This document shows positions 57,210-64,000 of a DNA stretch of 64,000 nucleotides, one piece after another. Numbering within the stretch: position 1 is the first letter of the stretch; the number at the start of each line of letters is the position of its first letter. This stretch comes from a virus. Below the pieces are notes generated by a model that had not been told where the DNA came from, searched no databases, and was given only the letters and a program-made list of their open reading frames with translations. Location of the stretch: IMG/VR virus record IMGVR_UViG_3300006329_000001, positions 98,718-162,717 of that record; one strand, given 5' to 3'. Made by a program: the position numbers and the translations under genes.

Positions 57210-58347
57210 GGCTACAGCTCGATATATGTACCCAATGGTTCCACCCAAAGGACCTCTGAACAATGATGAAGACATCACTGCAGGGAGACAGTGGCCAGCT
57301 AAAAATATAGATTATTTAAAATTAACTATATACGACCCTGAGAAAGGTGGTAACCCATACACATACATTGGTAATAGTTCGGGTTCTATAGTAGAAGGGA
57401 ATAGTACCTTTGGTCAGTTTGGTGGTGGATCAGCAAACGAAGATGCTATTCATGGAAGTATTTATCTCCATATGCCCCATCAATTAAATGAGAACTATCA
57501 GGTAAGATATAATAAAGCAACTTTAGGACCATTCGGTGATGCTCTAACTCAAACTATTGATAAAGTATCAGGTGGTGGTAGCACTTTAGATTCTATTACA
57601 ACTGCGTTACAAGGTGGTGCTAACACTGCTGCACCTCAAGCAGTATTTAATGCTATCGGTGGTTCATTTAGTAATTTAAACCAAGCACTTGGTACAGACG
57701 GAAATGTCAGTAGAGACCAATTAACAGGGTTAACTAAACAAAGAGTTTTTAACCCATACGAAGAAACAGTATTTGAGGGAACTAACTACCGTAGTCATAG
57801 TTTTGAGTTTGACATGGTACCTAGAAACCCACAAGAAGTTGCACAAATAAGAAATATCATATCAATGTTGAGAGATTCCATGCTACCTGGTATGGACGGT
57901 ACTACTAACTCATGGTTAACTATTCCTAGATTCTTTAAAGCATCTATGGTGAGATATAGTCCACCTGTAGCAGGAGGTAATATTATTGATGGTGAAGAAA
58001 CTCTTAAAGAACCTGCAATGTTATCATATATTATGCAATTCCCTGTAAAAATGGTTCTTACAGGAATGGAAGTAAATCTAACTCCTATGGGTTCACATAC
58101 GAGTTTAAGGGATATGACCAAAGGTGGTGACGCAAATTCAGATCAAGGTCCTGCTGCATATAAGATGAGTCTAAACTTTGATGAAACTGCATTCATCACA
58201 AGAAATCTACTTGCAGGTGGTACTGGTTACAAATCAGATTGGGATGGAGTTGGTGAAGAATACAAAGATCTAGATCTACTGTATAGTACCTACAATACAG
58301 ACAACCCTCAACCAACTGATGACGCTAATTCGGATGGTAACAAATAA
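57208..58347 (+). CDS. gp48: Baseplate tail-tube cap gp48
   Basis: IYLHMP, NPYEE.VFEG...R.HSFEFDM.PRN..E. Confidence 0.85.
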   Translation: MATARYMYPMVPPKGPLNNDEDITAGRQWPAKNIDYLKLTIYDPEKGGNPYTYIGNSSGSIVEGNSTFGQFGGGSANEDAIHGSIYLHMPHQLNENYQVRYNKATLGPFGDALTQTIDKVSGGGSTLDSITTALQGGANTAAPQAVFNAIGGSFSNLNQALGTDGNVSRDQLTGLTKQRVFNPYEETVFEGTNYRSHSFEFDMVPRNPQEVAQIRNIISMLRDSMLPGMDGTTNSWLTIPRFFKASMVRYSPPVAGGNIIDGEETLKEPAMLSYIMQFPVKMVLTGMEVNLTPMGSHTSLRDMTKGGDANSDQGPAAYKMSLNFDETAFITRNLLAGGTGYKSDWDGVGEEYKDLDLLYSTYNTDNPQPTDDANSDGNK

Positions 58348-59207
58348 TGGCATATTTTAGATCCCTACCTAACGTAAAAGTTAGAATAAAAAGCACTAGG
58401 AACAATAACGTAGAACCATACGTTGTTGCTAAGAATATCTTTAGAAGAATTAAACTTGTAGATAGTATACAAGGTAATGTATTAGGATTTGAGCAATATA
58501 CCATTGGTAATGACGTAAAACCCTACCAAGTTGCTCAAAGTGTATATGGTAATTCCCAATATGACTGGATTATCATGTTATGCAATAATATAACAAATTG
58601 CTATAAAGAGTGGCCAATGTCAGAACATGAGTTATACACATATGTCGAAAAGAAGTATAATGGTGCTGTAACCATGGTTCACCATTATGAGACAAATGAG
58701 GTAAAATCCGATAAAGGTGAAACTATCCTCCAAAAGGGACTACAGGTAAATGGCGAATTTCGCTATTATAACTCAGATGGCACTATAGTCCCAAATGTCA
58801 CATATCCTGTTTCTAACTTCGAATACGAAAGAGACCAAAATGAGAGAAAAGCGAATATTTGGTTATTACGCAAAGGATACGTTGCTGACTTTATTACAGA
58901 ATATCGCAATTTAGTCAAATATGCTCCAAATGACGAAGTTGGCGATGATGATATTAAGATGACATGGAAAGCAGTGGAAGAAGTCTTTAATACTAGAAAA
59001 GACACATATACTACTCGTTACGGTGCAATACCATCTATCGAGTTTGCTTCTTCACAAGAATTGGTCAATAGAACCGTTACTATCGAAACTACAGAATCTG
59101 GTGCACAGGTCAGAACAGTAGATACTGCAAATACTGGTCAGAACAGTAGTGGAGTTACAGCAGGTACTACTGATTCATCATCAACTCAATCAGGTAGTTC
59201 GTACTAG
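58347..59207 (+). CDS. gp53: Baseplate wedge subunit gp53
   Basis: MAYF..LP...KNIFRR, YG....DWII.L.NNI...EWP, HHYET. Confidence 0.9.
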   Translation: MAYFRSLPNVKVRIKSTRNNNVEPYVVAKNIFRRIKLVDSIQGNVLGFEQYTIGNDVKPYQVAQSVYGNSQYDWIIMLCNNITNCYKEWPMSEHELYTYVEKKYNGAVTMVHHYETNEVKSDKGETILQKGLQVNGEFRYYNSDGTIVPNVTYPVSNFEYERDQNERKANIWLLRKGYVADFITEYRNLVKYAPNDEVGDDDIKMTWKAVEEVFNTRKDTYTTRYGAIPSIEFASSQELVNRTVTIETTESGAQVRTVDTANTGQNSSGVTAGTTDSSSTQSGSSY

Positions 59208-59235
59208 GTATTAATACTTAAGCGACCCTACAGAC

Positions 59236-59270
59236 AAAAAAATACCCCGAATTTTTTATCGGGGTTTTTT
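59236..59270. terminator. Bidirectional intrinsic terminator
   Basis: A-tract, ACCCCGA/TCGGGGT stem, T-tract between convergent genes. Confidence 0.85.
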
Positions 59271-59293
59271 AGTTTCTAAAGGCGAATTATATA

Positions 59294-59779
59294 TCACCCT
59301 CCGTCTATATCACATCCAATGGTAGCACCAGTCACCACACCGAGTGGTATTGCCCACCATCTTCCGTCTCCTCTTGATAATGCTGCACCTGCTGCACCAC
59401 CTAAGATACCACCTGCAATCTTACCATCAGAACAATCGTTAGTATCATACTCTATGGTTGTCCGTCTTCTGAATACTTTATCCTCAGAACATGGTACTTC
59501 TATGTTCTCTCGCCATGATCTAATATGTCCTGGTCTTTTTGCTGTGCCAGGAGTATACTCTTCTCGGTATTCCTGACGATAACATTTCCTGTCTAAACTA
59601 TGTCCAGTACTTGATGATTGAGGTGCTTGACTTGTATGTCTTCTGTTCCACAATCTATAACCATTATTATAGTCGTGATGTTGATATGTTGGTCTATTTG
59701 TATCCCAATGTCTAGGTTCCATATAGGAACCTGCTGACACTGGACTAGCAAATAATAAACCTGCTAGTAGTAGTTTCAT
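59294..59779 (-). CDS. Secreted/membrane protein with glycine-zipper 2TM domain
   Basis: Signal peptide; GGILGGAAGAAL..G.GRWWAIPLG..G..IG. Confidence 0.75.
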   Translation of the reverse strand: MKLLLAGLLFASPVSAGSYMEPRHWDTNRPTYQHHDYNNGYRLWNRRHTSQAPQSSSTGHSLDRKCYRQEYREEYTPGTAKRPGHIRSWRENIEVPCSEDKVFRRRTTIEYDTNDCSDGKIAGGILGGAAGAALSRGDGRWWAIPLGVVTGATIGCDIDGG

Positions 59780-60684
59780 TAGTCCTCCTCTGCTAATCGA
59801 GAGAAATATGCGAGGTCTGGATCCTCGTCTGTCTTTAATGATTCTACCGCACTTCCGAACCCTCTGCTAGGGGTAGGGGTCTCTTCTTTAACTGTCACAG
59901 GAAGTTCTAATTCTTCCTCTTCCTCACGAGATACTACTCTCGCTTTTCCTTTACCAAGAACAAGGTTGAGACGCTTCTCAAGATCCTCGTAAGACTTAAA
60001 GTTCTTAGGACTTGTGAATTCTACCAAAGAATATTCTTGGTTGTAAATCTCTTCCAGTTTAGCATCATCATAATCACCTAGTGTTGATGAGGAAGCGAAC
60101 TCAGAACGATCATAGTTCCAGTATCCATCTTGCTTAACTATCTTTAATTTAAAGTCAGCACCCTTCCAGAAATCGAATGGGTTGATGGGTTCTTCATCCT
60201 CAAACTGAGGTTTCATTGCTTCTACCAACTTGTCATGGATCTTCTTACCATACTTGTATAAAAAGACACGACCTTCATTCTCTGGGTGTAGTGGGTCTTT
60301 GACTACTAAGATGTTACTGAAGTAAGAGAGTTTTCTCTTCTGCTTTCTTGCTACATCTTTATCAGAATCAATACCACTGTTCCATAGTACACGGTTTAGT
60401 TCACCGACAGGATCATTTTGACCTAGTGTAGTCAAACTGTTCTCGATGTACCAACCACCAGTTCCTTGGAATGCATGACTCCAGACCTGTGCCCATGGTA
60501 ACTCCTCTCCTGTAGGTGCAGGAAGGAATCTTATTACAGCGTAACCGTTACCTGCTTTATCGACTTCTGGTTTCCAGAGTCTATCATCAGGACCGTTACC
60601 GCCTCCTTTGCTGCTAAGTTTTTCTAGCTCCTTAGTTAGTTTTGCAACTGAACCTGAGGATTTCTTAAGCGATGCAAATGACAT
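59779..60684 (-). CDS. gp32: Single-stranded DNA-binding protein gp32
   Basis: DKAGNGYAVIRFLP, WYIENSLTT, GADFKLK, acidic tail. Confidence 0.97.
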   Translation of the reverse strand: MSFASLKKSSGSVAKLTKELEKLSSKGGGNGPDDRLWKPEVDKAGNGYAVIRFLPAPTGEELPWAQVWSHAFQGTGGWYIENSLTTLGQNDPVGELNRVLWNSGIDSDKDVARKQKRKLSYFSNILVVKDPLHPENEGRVFLYKYGKKIHDKLVEAMKPQFEDEEPINPFDFWKGADFKLKIVKQDGYWNYDRSEFASSSTLGDYDDAKLEEIYNQEYSLVEFTSPKNFKSYEDLEKRLNLVLGKGKARVVSREEEEELELPVTVKEETPTPSRGFGSAVESLKTDEDPDLAYFSRLAEED

Positions 60685-60743
60685 TTGTATTCTCCGTATG
60701 TTTGTATTTGGCTTGTTTGTACTTTGTTATCGTACCTTATTAT

Positions 60744-61118
60744 TTAGGCTTTGTCAAGTAGTCCCTGTCTCCATGTCAGCAGTTTCTGTTCCATGGCATC
60801 CAAGACTGCCATTAGGTTTTGACCACCTGAGTACACGCTACTACAGGCATCGATCTTGTCCTTGATTGCTTTGATATCATTGTCTTCTCCCTCTGCTTCC
60901 AACTCAACGTGCTGCTGCATTAGATTGAGTCTAGCATAAAATACTTTCTGTTTAGCTATGAGTTCTAGTGTCTTCTCAATGTGTTCTAACTGTCCGTTCT
61001 CATCTAGTGTCTGAAAGTTCTGTGACATTCTTAACAGATCAGTATAAGTCTGCTGAAGATCATCTAACTCCTCTGCTATAACTTCTGACTTAAAAAAATC
61101 TTCTGCTGAATTTGTCAT
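60744..61118 (-). CDS. DUF1825-like cyanophage protein
   Basis: FFKSEVI.EEL....L.HIE....LI.KQKVFYARL. Confidence 0.7.
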   Translation of the reverse strand: MTNSAEDFFKSEVIAEELDDLQQTYTDLLRMSQNFQTLDENGQLEHIEKTLELIAKQKVFYARLNLMQQHVELEAEGEDNDIKAIKDKIDACSSVYSGGQNLMAVLDAMEQKLLTWRQGLLDKA

Positions 61119-61360
61119 AGTGGTAACACTCCTCTCGTAGTTCTCTTTATACAATTAAGTAGTTGTGCGTTTGCTTTAATCTTATCCTTCAGTGGTTTAG
61201 AAATGAGTTTGTTTACTACCTCAACCTCAATATCATAGTCATCACATACAGTTGCTACTGCTTCTATGTAGTTTATCAATCCATTTGATTCTGCTACACA
61301 GGTCTCAACTAAACCACTAAACTTTGCTTGTGTCATAAAGTTTTCTTCTAGTTCTTTCAC
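61115..61360 (-). CDS. gp33: Late transcription coactivator gp33
   Basis: NYIEAV..C....IE.E.V.KLISKPLK.KIK..A..LN. Confidence 0.9.
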   Translation of the reverse strand: MKELEENFMTQAKFSGLVETCVAESNGLINYIEAVATVCDDYDIEVEVVNKLISKPLKDKIKANAQLLNCIKRTTRGVLPL

Positions 61361-62058
61361 GCACCGACCTCCTCTTTCACCCAGTCAGTTAACATACTCA
61401 TCTTAAACTCTGTGATCCATTCACATAGTGTATCAATGTAAGGTGCCTTGTCGTAACGTTGTTCTACCTGTGTCTGTCCATCTTCTGCTACAGATAAAGT
61501 GACAAGTTTATCAACCTCAACACCAGTTCTTTCCCAATACATGTAAGCATATGCTGCTTCCTGTACGAAATACTTTTCCAACCACTCTACTTTCTTAATA
61601 GCATTGGTTGTTTTAAAATCTATTATAGCAAGTTCGTTATCAAATTCAGCGATGCAATCAACACGACCAGCCACACCAAGGTCATCGGAATAAAGAGGAG
61701 CTTCCAAGAGATGAATATTATCGATCCGATCAAGCACCTCACGAGAAGACCCGAAAAGGAACTGGGGAAGACCTTCGCTTTCTTTAATTTTTTCAGCTTC
61801 ATTGTTTAAATAATACTCCACTATACTATGGTACTGTGTACCTCGCCATGCAGATTGTCTTCTGATCTTCTCTGCCTTCATGTATCCAATCCTTTGTTCC
61901 CACTTCTTGATACCATCTATAGATTGTTTACCAACCACAGTAGTAACAGAAGGATACCACTTACCTGATGGTGACTTATAGAACCTTTGACCCTCAACGT
62001 TTTGGGTTTTTAATTCTGCTAGATCACTAGCAGCACCCACATGATTAAATGTTTTCAT
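61357..62058 (-). CDS. Exonuclease (PD-(D/E)xK, Cas4-like)
   Basis: YPSVTTV, RGT..H, AGRVDCIAE....IIDFKT, Q..AYA. Confidence 0.9.
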   Translation of the reverse strand: MKTFNHVGAASDLAELKTQNVEGQRFYKSPSGKWYPSVTTVVGKQSIDGIKKWEQRIGYMKAEKIRRQSAWRGTQYHSIVEYYLNNEAEKIKESEGLPQFLFGSSREVLDRIDNIHLLEAPLYSDDLGVAGRVDCIAEFDNELAIIDFKTTNAIKKVEWLEKYFVQEAAYAYMYWERTGVEVDKLVTLSVAEDGQTQVEQRYDKAPYIDTLCEWITEFKMSMLTDWVKEEVGA

Positions 62059-62813
62059 TAAACAAGTCCTGATTGGATTTTACTGACGAGATATTCTCTG
62101 ACTAAACCGCTTCTAACGATGTCTTCTATACCAAACTCTATTATATCAAATGATGGCATAGTTTGCAAGATCTTCATGAAATCTAGCACACCAGTCTTCT
62201 CATGAGTTTTAATTAAGTCAGACTGGGAGTAGTCTCCAGAGAATATGATCTTACAATCCTGACCTACACGAGTGACAATAGAATCTAATTCATGGAAGTT
62301 TAAATTAGAAAACTCATCCACTATTATAATACACCTGTCAAATGTAGTACCTCTAATGAATGATGTAGACCAGAAAGAAATAGTTGCTTGAGTCCTTAGG
62401 TTATCATAAAGCATCTCGAAAGATGATTCATCAGGCATCTCAAACATGTACTTCACCATGTTCTTGTATGGTATCTGATACAGGTTACTCTTATCCTCAT
62501 GGTCACCTGGTAAGAAACCAATCTCTCTAGTAGGTACGAGTGATCGAACCATGTAGATCTTCTCGTAAGGAGAATTTAGATCTAGTATTTGTTCGAGTGC
62601 AAGGTATAAACTAATGAATGTCTTACCTGTACCTGCAGCACCATGTAGTACAAGGTTTTTACCTGCCTTGTAAGACTCAAAGACCTTCTTCTGATTGTCC
62701 GTTAAAGGCTCAATCGTCTTGAGGTGGTCAATGTTAATAGGTTTTGCTCTTCGGATTTGTTTCGATGACATGGCCGCTATCGGAGTACCACCGTTCTTTC
62801 TTTTCCTTGGCAT
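62058..62813 (-). CDS. phoH: PhoH-family ATPase
   Basis: GAAGTGKT, REIGFLPG, FIRGTT, GDYSQSD, DIVRSGLV. Confidence 0.95.
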   Translation of the reverse strand: MPRKRKNGGTPIAAMSSKQIRRAKPINIDHLKTIEPLTDNQKKVFESYKAGKNLVLHGAAGTGKTFISLYLALEQILDLNSPYEKIYMVRSLVPTREIGFLPGDHEDKSNLYQIPYKNMVKYMFEMPDESSFEMLYDNLRTQATISFWSTSFIRGTTFDRCIIIVDEFSNLNFHELDSIVTRVGQDCKIIFSGDYSQSDLIKTHEKTGVLDFMKILQTMPSFDIIEFGIEDIVRSGLVREYLVSKIQSGLV

Positions 62814-63043
62814 TAAGTATACTGGGATAGGTTTGCTTTAGGGTGTGCGTTCTGTATTTTAGACATCACATCCTTAAATCCATCGGATTGTTTTGGTTTG
62901 CCATAGATGGCAGACGTTCCTTGATTGCCAAAGTATCTTTCTAATTCTGGGTGATCCTCTTTATATTTATCTAGAGCAGTCATAGACATGGATACTTCTA
63001 TGATCTCACCAGTTTCTTTGTTTCTAAAATCGTAGTTGGGCAT
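62813..63043 (-). CDS. FmdB-like small regulatory protein
   Basis: MPNYDF.N..TGE..E; lacks the Zn-ribbon Cys; TAATG-coupled to thyX. Confidence 0.65.
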   Translation of the reverse strand: MPNYDFRNKETGEIIEVSMSMTALDKYKEDHPELERYFGNQGTSAIYGKPKQSDGFKDVMSKIQNAHPKANLSQYT

Positions 63044-63747
63044 TAGTCTATCCTCAGACATGGTTGTAGGTCATTCCAATAGTCATCACAATCGCAATCT
63101 TCTACAGTAGGACACCACCCCATTGCTTTAGATACTGTGGGGAAGTTACAGATGAAGTGGTCACGACATAGGTTTGCTATGTCCATGTGCTCCTTCTGTG
63201 TACCGTTGGCAGTTCTTAATGTTATGTAGTGCATCCAAGAACGTGCACTTCCTGTCATGTATATTCTAGTAGGTGTTGCTAGTGGGAGAACCATTCTCGC
63301 ACATTCCTTCGCAATCCCCTCACGAATAAGTTCGCTGTATAAATCAATTCCTTCAGCGAAGTACTGCGAGATCCTCCCCTGTAAGAACGCAACTTGTTTT
63401 TCATCTAGGTCATCAATAGAGTTTTGTCTGTTCTTTTCATCCTGTCTCCTTAAGTCTGGAACTTCTATGTTACTACCAAGTAGTTCGGTATTAGCATAGC
63501 GTTGTGAGAACTCTTGGAAAGTAAATGATCTATGTCTGAGAATTTGTGCACCAATAGCACGAGAAGTATTAATCTCTAGTGTCATGTGTGCTTGCTCAAA
63601 GATAGACCAATGTCCATGCTCAATACAATACTCCAACAACTTCTCAACCTTAGGGTTGTCTTGGTTGTTGGGGTTAGATACTCTTGCGATGTATCCTATA
63701 GTTTTTTCAGCGTCAGGAGTGACGGAAACGAAACAGACTTTACTCAT
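63043..63747 (-). CDS. thyX: Flavin-dependent thymidylate synthase
   Basis: HWSIFE, QILRHRSFTFQEFSQRY, E.AR.VLP. Confidence 0.97.
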   Translation of the reverse strand: MSKVCFVSVTPDAEKTIGYIARVSNPNNQDNPKVEKLLEYCIEHGHWSIFEQAHMTLEINTSRAIGAQILRHRSFTFQEFSQRYANTELLGSNIEVPDLRRQDEKNRQNSIDDLDEKQVAFLQGRISQYFAEGIDLYSELIREGIAKECARMVLPLATPTRIYMTGSARSWMHYITLRTANGTQKEHMDIANLCRDHFICNFPTVSKAMGWCPTVEDCDCDDYWNDLQPCLRID

Positions 63748-63974
63748 CTAAGAATTTTAAATAAACAATACAGTGCTAAAGAATAAACATATCCTATAGG
63801 TGGTAGTCCAAACAATGCAGGAATACATATGTTCCATGCTCCCCATACTATAAAGGGTGCGAATATTAAACCGAGAGTATTATCAACAAACTTGGAACCT
63901 AGTTCCTGATATACTTTGTCATCCTCTGTACCATCTTTAAATCCCTGTTTAAATTGATAGAAAGGACTCTTCAC
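63744..63974 (-). CDS. Hypothetical membrane protein
   Basis: Hydrophobic C-terminal half, PALFGLP.IGY. Confidence 0.7.
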   Translation of the reverse strand: MKSPFYQFKQGFKDGTEDDKVYQELGSKFVDNTLGLIFAPFIVWGAWNICIPALFGLPPIGYVYSLALYCLFKILR

Positions 63975-64000
63975 TTCTTCTTCCTTACTTTCTTCTTGCT

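Noticed and set aside
61357-62058. Cas4-like gene as CRISPR evidence
   Set aside because: Standard cyanophage exonuclease between phoH and gp33

Overview
A 64-kb segment of an AT-rich T4-like cyanomyovirus genome. CP12, CpeT, NdhS, PhoH and ThyX point to a marine picocyanobacterial host, probably Prochlorococcus (inference). Almost all genes are on the minus strand. Left to right: (1) baseplate gp6/gp25, a SET-domain protein, a PAAR-like spike tip and a large virion protein; (2) an accessory block with an AbrB-like protein, NlpC/P60, NdhS, NifU/NfuA and a 2OG-Fe(II) oxygenase; (3) a candidate origin at ~9.6-10.6 kb with paired DnaA-type boxes; (4) an early region of micro-ORFs driven by a repeated promoter cassette, two copies of which start with structured RNA leaders; (5) a helicase/restriction-like nuclease/oxygenase operon; (6) a tightly coupled operon in which tail-fibre genes run directly into two flavin-dependent halogenases, two JmjC enzymes and many Fe/2OG oxygenases; (7) the tail/baseplate module (gp5, gp27-like, two tape-measure-like paralogs, gp51, gp26, gp54-like, gp2, gp4, gp48, gp53) with cpeT and cp12 inserted; (8) gp32, gp33, an exonuclease, phoH and thyX. 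The best candidate for an undescribed system is the fibre-linked halogenase/oxygenase operon, a possible virion-protein tailoring pathway. All protein calls come from motif recognition by eye; no database searches were run.
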